Below are positions 34,317 to 47,345 of a DNA stretch of 64,000 nt, one piece after another (within the stretch, counting starts at the first letter, position 1; every line of letters begins with the position of its first letter). The stretch comes from Octopus sinensis. Lineage: Eukaryota. The stretch covers positions 52,700,001-52,764,000 of the forward strand of contig NC_043006.1 of the NCBI RefSeq assembly GCF_006345805.1, read 5' to 3'. The notes below the pieces were generated by a model, which was not told the origin of the DNA, ran no database searches, and saw only the letters and a program-made list of their open reading frames with translations. Both the position numbers and the translations under genes were made by a program.

Positions 34317-37300
34317 CTGTTGCATGGTCGGGTCGTCGGCGACTAAACTGACAACCCCACCAGGCTTGCTTAGTGAGGAGGGTGCTGTTGGACACCCTAT
34401 GGGATGAAAAATAAGACCCATCAAAGGGCAGATGAACTCCTGAACAGTCAACGGCCATCCAACAAAATGCCGGCCTGCCCGCCCAGCCAGTGGGATGGCA
34501 TCATCTTATGGCTGAAACAGCACGAAGAACGAAGAGAAAAGGAAAAAGGCCTCCAGTACCCTGCACGTCAATTGGGTCACTCCATGACGACGGAGTGCAA
34601 CCCGAGCGACGAGAGGCTGCTAAGAATCACAGGCTCCCGAGGGCCGTCATGGCACAGGACTAACCTTGCCATATGCACCTACAACTGCAGGTCCTTGGCA
34701 GGGTGGCAAGAACTGAATCACCTAATGGAGGAGAGGAAGAAGATCAGCTGTGACGTGTTAGGGCTGTGCGAGACACGCTGGAAGAAGGAAGCGAGTATAC
34801 GATGGCAAGATGGATGCACTGTGAGATTAGGGAGAGCAGAAGGTACTAGATCGGTCGGGGGTATCGGATTCATCGTAAGTAAGGAATGGGCTTCGAGGGT
34901 CGCTTGTTGCCAGTTCATATCATCACGCTTTGGTGTACTGAATGTGAACCTCTCAGGAAAGGCCACCCTCAAGATTGTCCAGACCTATGCTCCCACAAGT
35001 GCCAGCGACGACGACGAGGTGGAAGAATTCTATCGACAGCTAGTCAAAGGGCTGGCTGTGAAGTCCACTTACACTGTCGTGATGGGAGACTTCAACGCAA
35101 AGGTTGGACATGGACGACAAGGGGAGGAGTACGTCGGGAGATTCGGCATAGGAGAGAGAAACTAGAGAGGAGACCGTTTGGTTACCATGGCAGAGGCGAG
35201 GCGGCTCTACATCGGAAACAGCCTATTCAGGAAGAGGGAGAGGAAGAGATGGACCTAGATATCGCCGAACTCTAAGCACCGAAGCGAGATCGACTACATC
35301 CTGGCTGATAAGCGACGCATATTACATGACATCTCCGTCGTGACACCATTCAACACCGGCAGCGATCATCGTCTGGTGAGGGCGAGGGTCGTCATCGACG
35401 GGAAGAGGGAGAAGATGGCGCTGTATTTGGCGTCGAAGGGAAAACATTTCCGAGTCTACAACGAGGCGAAGCTGCAGGAAGCCATAATGCAGGAAAACTG
35501 GTGCCAAGGAGCCGACATAGACGATGACTACAACTCACTGATAGGGAAACTGAAGGAGTGTTTAAAGAGGGATAAGGGAGAAGTTAGAAGGGAAGAATCT
35601 CGGAAGAAACTACGAAGTTACTCGAGAAGAGGAAAAATATGAAGACTATTGAAGATCACCTTGAATATTCCCTTCTCAGCAGAGTGATTCGTCAGCAACT
35701 AAAGAGAGACTTTGAGGCATATCGGATGGAGAAGCTCTTGTAGACCGCAGAGGAAAAGAAGAGCCTCAAGAAATGCAAGAGGGACATGGTACTATATAGA
35801 TCGGAGTTGACGACCCTGAAGAATACCGATGGAGTACCGGTCAACGATAAGAGTGAGATGGAAAAAGTTTGCGAAGACTTCTAAACCAAGCTCTTCAAGT
35901 CTACCAGAAATGTCCAGCCGTTATCACCACTCCAACAGGAAGAAAATGTGCCACCTATCCTTGTCAGTGAGGTTGAAAGAGCCATCGGCTTGATGAAAAA
36001 CGGAAAGGCGCCAGGGAAAGACGGTATAACATCGGTGGTGTTGAAGTCAGGCAGAGAGCAGCTCTGGAAAATCCTCTCTGAGCGATTCACGCGCTATCTA
36101 GACGAGGGAAGAATTCCCTCGCAGTGGAAAGAGTCAAATACCATCCTGCTATGTAAGAAGGGCGATAGAGAAGATCTAAAGAACTACCGACCCATATGCC
36201 TGCTGTCTCACGTGTACAAGCTGTTCACATAGATAATTCTGAAAAGGTTATCACGTCATCTCGACGAACAACAACCGAGGGAAAAAGCCGGCTTCCGGAA
36301 AAACTACAGCACGATGGACCATATATTTACTTTAACACAACTGCTTGAGCGAGCGAATGAGTACAAGCTGCCTCTTTGCGTTGCGTCGAAACAAACGCAG
36401 TGCTAAACTCGCTGCAGAGGCAAGGAGTCGAGGCGTAATATGTGCAACTGCTCAATGAGGCAAATTCCGGATGCTCCACCGACATAGCTCTGCTGTCATC
36501 ACCCGTACGAGTGCCGGTCGAGAAGGGAATGAAGCAAGGAGATACGATCTCTCCAAAACTTTTCACCGCATGTCTTGAGATCATCAGAGCCGTCGACTGG
36601 CAAGGCGTGTCAACACCAATGGCAAGCTCCTCACCCACTTCCGTTTCGCTGATGACATCGTAGTCATCGCTGAAACCACGGATCAGCTTCAGACCATGCT
36701 GACGGAGCTCGACATCAAAAGCTCTGCAGTAGGACTCAAGATGAACCGCATGAAAACGAAGTTCATGCGGTCAGACAACGTACCAACAGGTCGAATGGTG
36801 ATCAGCAGTGATGAAATAGAGGAGGTAAAGGGACAGGAAGTGAATATGTGCCGAGATATAGAAAAGGAGATCTCACAGAGAGTTATATGCGTTTAATAGC
36901 ATAAGGGATGTGCTCATCAACTGCACAGTTCTACCTGCAATGTTATATGGTAGTGAAACATGGGCTTCAACAAAGAGAGAAGAGCAGAGACAGGTAACGG
37001 CTCAAAGAGCCATGGAAAGGTCAATGCTTGGAATCTCGTTGAGAGAGCACATCAGTAGCGAGGTCATCAGAGAGAAGTCCGGCGTAATGTATGTCATCGC
37101 AGAATATACACGCAGCCAGTTTAGATGGGCTGCACACCGATACTCGGTGGACTCGCGCAGAGGCGGAGTGGTGCCCGCACGAGTGGAAACGACCACTCGG
37201 AATGCCTCCACGACGGTGGAGTTACGATTTTAGGAGGACGATTGGGATCACGTGGATGAGAAAGGCGTGATCCAGAGAGTAGTGGGCAGCGTGCTGTGAC

Positions 37301-37350
37301 CAGCGGTGTCAAATGGACGCCCGATGGACTGGTCGGTCAAGGTGATCAAG

Positions 37351-37352
<2 letters not shown>
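34317..37352 (+). mobile_element. Near full-length, disabled RTE-clade LINE (APE plus RT)
   Basis: ICTYNCRSL, LGLCETRW, GGIGFIVSK, VQTYAPTS, VMGDFNAKVG, KAPGKDGIT, KNYRPICLLSHVYKLFT, KGMKQGDTISPKLF, RFADD and LPAMLYGSETW. The 3' end is a tcaaggtga repeat. Multiple stops, frameshifts and deletions. Confidence 0.95.
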
Positions 37353-37400
<48 letters not shown>

Positions 37401-37411
37401 TGAGAAAACTA

Positions 37412-37448
<37 letters not shown>

Positions 37449-37451
<3 letters not shown>

Positions 37452-38020
37452 TGAGAAAACTAGCCACCAAAACTACGTGGAGTCCACGGGACTATCACTC
37501 AGACGTAGATGCACACTGCATCGACAACAGATTGCATTCCCAGAATACAGAATGATACCCTTTAGTGAGCATATTGAGAAATGCGCAAAGCAACTACTAC
37601 CACAATTTTTGATCTTTCCATTTTATCAATGTGCTATTGGAACACCAACACAAATTAGACTAAACAAGGAAACATTCTTCATTGAAAAATATAAGCCCAA
37701 ACTTAACCACTCTAACATTCTTATACAGAGAAACTCACCCCATTAAGTAAAAGAGGCAAGAAATATAAAGCGATTATCTCCCTTACACCGGAAGAAATCA
37801 CTTATTACCTCCCTTTACCTGGAACTCTTTTTTACACTTCATAACGAAGTCACAACACGATGTTTTGAGAAATTTGAAAAGTTAACACGAAACCGGTAAT
37901 TTCTTCAAAAACTATGTCACTGTATGAAAAAATGTTATAACATTCTTCTGACATAATGACTCAAATATATTTTTTAACCTTTTAAAACAAGCCTTCTGTA
38001 GTTTTTTCACTTTTTACTAT
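37449..38020 (+). mobile_element. Penelope-like element, 3' fragment (GIY-YIG endonuclease C-terminal part plus terminal repeat)
   Basis: NYVESTGLSLRRRCTLHRQQI...SEHIEKC...RLNKETFFIEKYKPKLN, followed by a hammerhead-like motif and a TA tract. Confidence 0.8.
37862..37911 (+). ncRNA. Degenerate minimal hammerhead downstream of the GIY-YIG fragment
   Basis: gttttgagaaat-TTGAAAA-gt-taac-ac-GAAAC-CG-GTA-atttcttcaaaac, with a long stem I and palindromic stem III (ACCGGT). Confidence 0.55.
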
Positions 38021-38439
38021 TTTCTCTATATATATATACACGATGGGCTTCCACACGTCTCCGTCTATAAAAATTCATCGCTCGCAGGGTTGGTAATCTG
38101 ATTTCAGATTACCAACTTCAAATCCTTCCCCAAATTTTCGTCTCACTGCAGGGAATAAAAGTGTTTCTCTCAAGAGAATGTTTTCTGTATATGTCTCTGC
38201 GTTAGTTACACATGTGTTTCTATACAAATACTAACCGTTTGCATTTAAAATGTATAAATATATTTCGTTTGGCATATAAATATATATCTTTCGCATTTAA
38301 AATGCATATGTATTAACCCAAATCATTTTATCCTTTAAAAAACATGCCAATGTCTTTACTTCAAAAAATTGCGGACCCAGATTTTCTATTTTCAAAGTAT
38401 TTCTATTTTATAGATTAAAAAAAACAAGACAAAGCAAAA

Positions 38440-38985
38440 CAAATATACATATACGACGAGCTTCTTCCAGTTTCTGTAATGGCATAAGACACTTGATTAA
38501 GATGCTACGCAGTGGGACTGAACCCCCAGCCATGTGATTGGAAAGCAAGCTTTTTATCACACAGTCACACTTGCGCTAATGAATGTTTTGTAAAGTTTCT
38601 CATTATAAATGTAAATTTGAAAACATGTCTTATAGTTATTTAACTATCATTCCCGTCAGAAAATATGTCCTTGGAGTCAGTATATACGTATGTATGTATG
38701 TATGTATGTATGTATGTATGTATGTATGTATGTATGTATGTAGGTATGTATGTATGTATGTATGTATGTATGTATGTATGTATGTATGTATTGATCTGTG
38801 CGTGCGTGTGAGCTTGTGTGTTTATATCCCCGTAAATAAGCAGTTTGGCCCCCCCAAAAAAACCGATAGAATAAATACCAGGTTTTAAAATAATAAAACC
38901 TAAGTATATGGTGTCTATTCATTCGACTAAAAATTCTTCAAGGTGGTGCCCCAGAATGGCCGGAGACTGAAACAAATATAAGGCA
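38440..38985. mobile_element. SINE remnants: minus-strand head (about 38440-38575) and plus-strand CR1-like tail (about 38810-38985) around a (TATG)n tract
   Basis: acgcagtgggactgaacccc and aaggtggtgccccagaatggcc..actgaaacaa. Confidence 0.55.
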
Positions 38986-39649
38986 AAAGAATACAATTAT
39001 TATATTATTTGAAATTTTAAATGTATTTGTCTATTGAATAGAATATTGTAACAGCTTGACGAAACATCTCAGATTAAAGCAAGACCGTAACGTATATATA
39101 TATATATATATATATAGAAGGCACGCGTGTCTATAACAGAGAAAAGGAAAGAGACCTAACGAAAGTGGCTTTCGTCTAACTATAGTAACAACGATAATTT
39201 GAATTGTCAACTTAGAGACCCATGTTTAATAAAAGTTATCTCCCTTGGGTAGAGTGGTTCCCCTTTACCCGTAACATGTCAATAAGTTTTATTTATTGCG
39301 TCGGGTTTGCTCTTATCGAGTAGACTTACAATCGTAGTGTTCGTCCCATCTTTTATCAGAGATCATATATCTAGGATTACATTACTCAATGTGACTTATC
39401 TTGTTTGAGCGTGTAGGATTTAATTTGAAGGAGTGACAGTTTTGGGCTGTCGGTGTTGATCAGAGTTCTTCGCATCTCTACAGTCACATGCAAATATGAT
39501 TGACATCGTTTCTCATCTTAATAATATTGATAACATGGGTAATACTGATAATCTAGTGAAAGTCGCATATTACAATCACATATAATGTTATTAATCGGTT
39601 ATTATTATCAAAAGTTATGTGTCTTTAACAGACCCAAAATATTATTTTC

Positions 39650-39790
39650 TATTTTAGGCACAAGCCCCGAAATTTTGGGGGAGGGGACCAGTCGATTAGA
39701 TCGACACCAGCACGCAACTGGTACTTAATTTATCGACTCCCGAAAGGATGAATGGCAAAGTCGACCTCGGCGGAATACAAACTCAGAATA
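39650..39790 (-). mobile_element. Nin/Deu SINE fragment
   Basis: aaaggatgaatggcaaagtcgacctcggcggaat. Confidence 0.7.
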
Positions 39791-41199
39791 GTGTTTGTAT
39801 AATCTGCTAATCGTTGTCAGCCGGGTAATAATATTATCTAAAACGCTTTGTCGCAAAGTGATCAGAATTAGTAGTTTTTATTTTATTTTTGTACCGCAAC
39901 AATAGATTATAAAACAAGAAATGATAATTTTTTAAACTTATAAATTATATAAATTGAGATGAAATGGATTATTTGTGTACTTACATGATATTTTCTTTCC
40001 TCAAGCCCTAGGACTATTAAGGCCGGCTACGCAGTTTCTATGATGTATAAGTGACCGAGATCATAACATTCCTCTGAACGAAACGCAGAGATTTGGAGCA
40101 ACGATTTCTGAGGTGAGTAGACAAGTCGATTACAACCATTTCAGTTCTTGACTGAAGTTTCCCTTTCAACCCTTAATCCCGATGGTTGAAAGGTTGACTT
40201 TCATGGGATTTGAACTCAAAATGTAGAGAGGTGCAAGAAATGCCGCTAAAAAATGTTATCCCGTGTACTAAGGACTCTGCCAGCTCGCTGTATTACAAAA
40301 TAATTTATTCTGTTAGGAATGAACCTCTAACATTCTTAACATTTGCTAACCATAAAGAACCACATCAGACATTATTTTGAATTTTAGAACGTCTCCAACG
40401 ACACCTTGGTTACCGGTTACAAAAAAGGTGGGCTACTGTGATTCTTTCGTCAAAGAAAGCAAATAATTTGCTGTTGAAGTTTGCAAATATTTCACCATAC
40501 CATGTATACAGAGTTCGCAATAAAGAAACAAAAGCTCGTATAATAACAGTAACTGAACCAAACTGCATGATTTATAAGTTTCTTTATACGCCGAAATCCA
40601 TCAACAGTCCTGTCCAGTCATTCAATAAATTATGTCGATCATTTTAATCAGCAAAACTTATTTCTCATCAACATAATCACAGCAACATTCTTTCTCCTTA
40701 CTATCTTGAAAAAACAATAATAATGACAATCGATGGTAATAGATGTACAGAACCAGAAATTTGAAGCAAAGGAGTAGTCATATATGACAGGAATTTTATG
40801 TTATCAAAGTAGGATTCAGCGGGATTTGAACGCAGAACGTACAGAGCAGAAATGAATGTTACAAGGCATTCTTCGCCGATATAAGGATCCTCCATTTCAC
40901 CACCCTTACGAATAAATTTAAAATAATTATTTAGTCAAAAGGCTTATAGGAAGAGGATTGGTTGGTACCATCGACCCCAGTACTTGATTGGTTGTTTATT
41001 TCGTCAACTCCAGAAGAATGAAAAGCAATGCTGATCTCGACAGGATTTGAACTAGGCATGTAAAGAACCGAAGAAATAACGCACCGAGCTGCAAGCGCAT
41101 CAGCTTGACTATGGTGACATTTACCTTTGACTCCTTTTCGTACCATCAGAATGATGCCAGCGCGATTTCCGACAGCATGACAGCGACATATATCGGACA

Positions 41200-42930
41200 C
41201 AGGCCTCCTTCCTTCCAGTTCATAAAGACGCTTCTAAAAAGCTCCAACTTTCGCAACAATTACTCGATAGCCAGCACGTAAAGAAGAGGAGGAAGTGGAC
41301 ATACTCGATCGACTAAAAATGAAGTGTAAAACGGTCACAAGAGGAAACCGTTTGCTATGACCGCAGAATAGATACCACTGAGCATTGCAGCGATCCAGCC
41401 TCTGAAAATGGGCCGAACCCGATCGCTCATTCCACAGTTGTCAGATAACGGGTGACAACCCAATCGGATTCTTTTAATTCATTGAAATTCATCAGATCGC
41501 CACCAAAACCATCTTCATTTCCAATCCTTTTTATGATATACCGCATGAGATAAAATGATGTTTAAGCTTTCTCAACCAGACCACATATGACAAGCATTAT
41601 CCTCTTCGATAATATCTTGACCAAAATCTTAAAATCCAAGTTTATCAGAATTGTGGACTGGAAGTTGTCTTTTACGTTCCCTTTCTCAATATCCTCTTTC
41701 AGCAGTGTTACTGCTCTCCGGCTCGCAGTATTGGACATTTTTCCGTCACTTGTGGTAGACATACGCCAAAAGGTCGCCAAGCAAGTTTCACATGAATTCT
41801 TAGAATTCATTGGATATATTATTCAAACAGGGCGAGTTGCTGCTCGTGCAAATGTTAACAAATTTTCGGTAAATTTCATCTTCATCAAGAGCGGCGGTAG
41901 GCCGTCGAAGAAGGTCGAAAATTCTGCTACTGTCAGCAAACGCTCGCCCGCTCTGAACAGTCAAGCAAAAATGCTGCTCAAAAGCTACACACATTTGTTC
42001 GGAATCGAGCAGCACCCAGCCGTCAAAATCCATCCCTGAATTTGGGGCTTTGAAGTCACGTTGTGCCATTTCTGCTCGAGCTCTTCGAACAGTTTTACTT
42101 CCTTGTATTTTAGCGCAAGAGTTCTAACTACGCAGACTTTGTATTTCACGTTGAAAAAATGGTAAAGTGCCATTCTCACCGCTAGTATCGGTCGCGATAC
42201 CTTTGCTAATAACGACTTCTAATTTGCTAACTTCTTTTCCAATCTATCGCTAGCACTTTGCTAAATGCTGTCGATTCTGGAAAAATTGCTCTCCTTCGAA
42301 CACTTCAACACCGGTTGTTGTCGATTGCTTCCGTCAACAACCGCCAAACTAATTCACTAATTTTCTCCTTGTAAGTCTTTGCACGCCGGTAAAGATGCAT
42401 TCAACTCTATAAGCAGGTCTATGTCAATGAGACCTATCTAAGTTGATGATACATCCCACAAATTTATAGTCTGTGTAACCGACTAGTTTAAAGATTGGAC
42501 AGCCAACACCACCCGTTAGCCTAACAAAAACTATATTTAGATACTATCTGAAAGACTCATAATAGTTGCTCTGTGTTCACACCAGTCGGTATTTGTTAGG
42601 TTTTCAGAGCTTTTACATTCTTCCCTCCTTTACGAAACACCACAAAATCCTACTGTGCATCTAGAATGTCGTTCCAATTCGTTACTTGCGTTAAAGATCG
42701 GATCGTTCCCAGGAAAGCTTTTTGATGTCTGAAGAAACAAGGCCGTCCTATCCCTATTGAGACATAGATGGCCACTGGCCTGAAGGCATCACCTTTCTGA
42801 ATTTCATGTCCTGGACCACGAACTTTCCCTCTAAATCCAGTATGATTCGTACAACCTCGAAATCTGAAGATCTTGGAGTAACACTGCCTCCCTACCACCC
42901 TACCTCGAGAGATGACGAGACGAGAGTGCT
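41200..42930 (-). mobile_element. Decayed Tx1/L1-like element with endonuclease and RT remnants
   Basis: VTNWNDILDAQ (APE remnant) at about 42650-42700 and DNFQSTILINLDFKILVKILSKRI (early RT motif) in ORF 41562-41810. Further RT remnants continue to about 41250. Confidence 0.75.
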
Positions 42931-43221
42931 TGTACTCCAGAGATCATAGTCTCGTTAATGGCTACTACATCTATGTCTAGCGACCTGAGGTGCTAAGTAA
43001 GTTACTTTGCTGCCAAGTTGATCCAAGACCGTACACATTCATTTACATAACGTTGAAGAAAGCCATATCTGTCGGAGAGAAAAAATGAGCTGTCGCTCAC
43101 TTTGGTACACTTTGGTTAATTCGATTGCCCCTTTTGGGGTCGATAAAATATGTACCGATTGAGGTCCGGGGTCGATTAGTCGACAATCCCCTTGCCCAAG
43201 ATTTCAGGCCTTGTGCCTATC

Positions 43222-43249
43222 GAAGAAATGATCATCATCATCATTATTA

Positions 43250-43300
<51 letters not shown>
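43222..43300. repeat. (ATC)n/(ATT)n microsatellite
   Basis: Direct inspection. Confidence 0.95.
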
Positions 43301-43302
<2 letters not shown>

Positions 43303-43689
43303 GGTCGGTCTTCCTTTGTTTAAAGCGATAAGAATTCGGCTGTTCAACCAACTGGTTCATTAAATAAACTGTAAGTGACCGAGTATTCCACATCCATGTG
43401 TACCCATAACGTTATTCGCAAGCCAAATTAGTGTGACGGCGCTGGACGACAATGCGGGATCTTTGCACTACAAGTTCAATGAGGTTTACTCACAGATTCT
43501 CCCCCACCTAATGCCATCCACAAGGCTTGGATAGACCCGAAGCTCGATCACAACTTGGAATCGAACCAAAATCGTGTTAAAAATCTTCTTCGCCATTCTT
43601 AACCACTCGTCCATACTTGCATCTATACACACATGTATATTATATGTATATTGTTGGCCAATCTATATTATTCTGTTAGGACCATATTC

Positions 43690-43900
43690 CCACTTTCCCG
43701 ATTTTTCTATTGTATGTATTCGTCCCTGGACGGGACACCGGTCCATCGCAGGGTTACTCATTTTTACAATCCGAGTGGACTGGAGCTATATGAAATGAAG
43801 TGTTTTACTCAAGAACACAACGCATCGCTCGATCCAGCAATCGAAACTGCAATCTTACGATCGTGAGTTCCACAACTAACCACTAAGTCATGTACATCCA
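43690..43900 (-). mobile_element. tRNA-derived SINE with a V-domain-like segment
   Basis: The reverse complement contains ccctgcgatggaccggtgtcccgtccaggg, and a tRNA-like head lies at about 43810-43895. Confidence 0.55.
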
Positions 43901-44428
43901 CTTTATATGTATATACACGTATATGTTTTACATATACATTCATGCATACACATATATATGCGCTCGCGTTGCTAAATTAGAATGCTAAAGAACGGCAAAC
44001 GAAAACAAATGAAAAGAGAGATTGCCATTGGTTAATGAAATGCTAACATTGCAAATTGAGAAACCAATATTATATATCTTTATGAGTAACTGTGATGAAT
44101 AGGGTGTACTACTATGTGACACATTATCACAATATCCATCTTGAAAAATTGAGTTTTACCAAGGTAGAATCGTGTCGTATAATTCACACGCATTAAATCT
44201 GAGCCTGTCACTTAAATTGATTCCCAATCTGTCACATTCAGATTTGCAATGTCATAATCCCGATGTATTTCTAATGTTTCACTTTTCTAGAATACATTCA
44301 CCGGGAATTTTAATTTATTATATGTAACTGGAATATCACTTAAGTTTGTTGTCAATGTAATATAGAAATGTATATTAAACGCATCACGTGTATACGTACA
44401 TTTATGTTTGTACTTATGTATGTATGGA

Positions 44429-44502
<74 letters not shown>

Positions 44503-44639
44503 TATATATGTGTGTGTGTATAAATATATATAATGTATACATATATATATATATCCACATATATATACACACACATTTGCATATACATATATGCATATAT
44601 ATATAATACAAATAGACAAACACACACATTACTTGCTGA

Positions 44640-46200
44640 GTTTGTAGGAAGAAGCAATAACCTTGAACTTTGCAGTCTTCCCAGGGGCCTGCAAATGTTC
44701 CGTTTAAATTTTTAGAGGTCAACACTCGCAGGAAATACAAGTACAGGAACAGTATTTCCGTGAGTAAATGTTCTAAGGAGGAAGAGGTAGCCACGGTAGT
44801 TAATGCAGTTTAGGTGGGGTTGGACGCAACTAGGAAGGCGAGAGGTTGAGAGACAAGTGGGTCAAGGTTGTTGAGTGATGGATTTACGAGAGCAACCTTC
44901 TCTGACAAAACAGAGACCATTACAGTAGTGATAGAAAACAGATAGAGAGGACATTGCACGTGTGGAGCGTGTCTTATAGTGATTGAATGCTAATCAGTGG
45001 CTTAGTTTTTGGATGCTGTCTAGAGTGTTTGTGAGTTTAGCAGTAGGATGTCAAGAGCAGTTGGGGTCTAAAATGTTTTTCTGTCAGTGAAAAGCTAGTC
45101 ACTCCTTGGGGTTCGCCATTATCTATGCTAAGAATATGCCTTTGCCGGGAGAGATAATGAGATCAATGATAATGAGATCTAGTTTTTGGAGCGACTGTGA
45201 GACCTCTGATAGAATGTCGTTTATGATAAGAGTAGTATGGTGAAGTGATATTATCTTGAGATAAGTAGTGCTCGAGTTTTTCTTTTTTGAATTTTTGCTC
45301 GTAATTGAGACAAAGCTGGCATGACGTCACTGAAGAATTCTCAAAAATGTTTCCGATTAGACAGTCAGTGAAGGTTGGTGTGTGGTGTGTAGGCTGTGTG
45401 TGGTTGGTGCATGGTTGGAAAAGTTATGTTAGAATGAAGAGCTGTTACAGATGCTTTTTGGGTGTTACGGCAAGTCGACCATTGATGTACAGAAGGAAAA
45501 AAGTTACAATTAATCTTTTGATTTTCCTTTCTTGAAAGCTTAGGCTATTTTTGCTTACATGTTTGTTAAAGTGTGTTTTGATCATTTGTTGAGGCCTTAT
45601 GTACCCCAACACGTACCAAGCTGCTTTACTTTGAAGGGAAGTGCAAATAAGCAATAGATCAGGCCTAATTCAGCCCCAGTCAGCTTTGTACAGATTAATG
45701 ATATCAAACGGGATAGCTCGAGTGAGTGTGGTTATTTTGGTTTTTGTATATTGCAAATATACTTTGTATATTGTATATTGCAAATATTGTTTTGGTTTTT
45801 GTAGATTGCAGAGTACCTTGTCGTCGTCAGAGAGGATGGATTTCTCAATTGAAACGTTGTGAATTGGGCTACAGTTATTAATATTTAGTCCCAGGTTCTT
45901 TTGTTGTCTTTCGTTGGCTCAAATACGAGTTCAGAAAGAAAAAATGCATTCTTAAACAGCAACTCTACAATTATTTTGTTAAGGATTGAGGTACCATTCC
46001 TTGGTTTCAAAGTAATTATAGGCCATCCCACACAGATAAAGCTGAGGTCATTCATCACTAATGTTTCCAGCACTGTGTTTTAAAATAAAGGAATTACCTT
46101 TGCCACGACTCTCAGAAACACACCAGAAATGCTTGGGGAGGCCTATAGAAACCAAGTATTGTTAAGTCATTGGCTCTATAGTATATAAAAACACAATATA
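44640..46200 (-). mobile_element. Heavily decayed CR1/L2-group LINE with a large internal deletion
   Basis: The minus strand gives FLSELVFEPTKDNKRTWD*IL (APE EPTR..LDL motif) and INLYKADWG, and near the 3' end NTLDSIQK and SLSVFYHYCNGLC. Confidence 0.6.
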
Positions 46201-46565
46201 TTCTTTGCAGCTTTTGCAAAGGAATTATGGAGTAAAATTATAGTTTTTTTCTTTATTTCGACCAGCACAATCCGTGTGAATGATGGTGAAGTTTCTGATT
46301 GATAGGAATTGCTTACGTCGGTCTAACTTAAGATAAAGAAAATTATGCAGTCCGTCAGTTAAGCATTTCCAACTCTCTATAAACAGAATCTCCCGTTTTT
46401 TGAGTGTTCAGAAATGTGTTCATACCTTGTACATTTGATAAGTAAGTTAAAATTGGGTTGGTTGGTTGTTTAAGCTGTTGCCAGAGCCTTGGATTATGCA
46501 ACTTGTTTCGTGGAAGTACTGAGTGCAGTTTGTGCACCGAGTTGTCTGTGGAGAGTGATGATTTA

Positions 46566-46790
46566 CGAGGGGCGTTCAATAAGTAATGCCCCTGACCCAC
46601 TTCCCATAGCAGTAGAGCAACGACACTTGGCACAGTTATTAGTCTTTTCCTACATAGGAACTACCCAGAGTTATGCATTTCTCCCATCGTTTGATACAGC
46701 TCTGAAGACCGTTTTTGTAGAAGACCCCAGCTTGGTCCTCCAACCACGACGTGACTTCAGAAATCAAGGCTGCATCATCTGGGAAACTTA
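46566..46790 (+). mobile_element. Tc1/mariner terminal fragment
   Basis: TA-cgaggggcgttcaataagtaatg TIR, truncated at a TA tract. Confidence 0.7.
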
Positions 46791-46798
46791 TATATATA

Positions 46799-46889
<91 letters not shown>

Positions 46890-47149
46890 TGTCAGAAGAA
46901 CAGATTTACTCATCTAAGATTTCTTATGCAGTTAATCATATCTAACTTTGTCAGACCCTACGCACGTTTCCACTACGAGCTGATGCACACTGTAAAGTGT
47001 GCTTCTTGGTGTTAATTATCGGTGCAGTTTCATTAGAGCCTGTTTTTACTGTTGGTCAGATATCATATGTATGTGTATACATTAAGTACAGGACATCACC
47101 AACGAGTGAAAAATACGTAAACACACGGGAGACAAGTATACATATATGC

Positions 47150-47345
47150 ATCAGAAATGTAACCGAACGTGGACATTTGGCGATTTTTGCCTTATTCTTC
47201 TTTCTTTCCTTTTGGACTTTCCTGTTTTTCCTGCTGCCGCTAAAGAACTATGCTCGAAGTGTAAAACAACAACTCTCTTCTTTCTCCGAGTGTCATATTA
47301 ATACATTGCTTGTGCTACGACCTCACGTTTGTTTGATTTTTCTTT
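47150..47345 (+). mobile_element. Old Penelope-like terminal remnant
   Basis: Homologous to the reverse complement of 23660-23860. Contains a decayed gctaaagaactatgctcgaagtgtaaa motif. Confidence 0.45.

Noticed and set aside
34404-37233. Active RTE element
   Set aside because: The ORF is broken by several stops, frameshifts and RT deletions.
37306-37460. Apparent YIG motif (YIYIGEKT) in ORF 37306-37746
   Set aside because: It is produced by (TA)n followed by GG. The real endonuclease signal lies downstream (NYVESTG onward).
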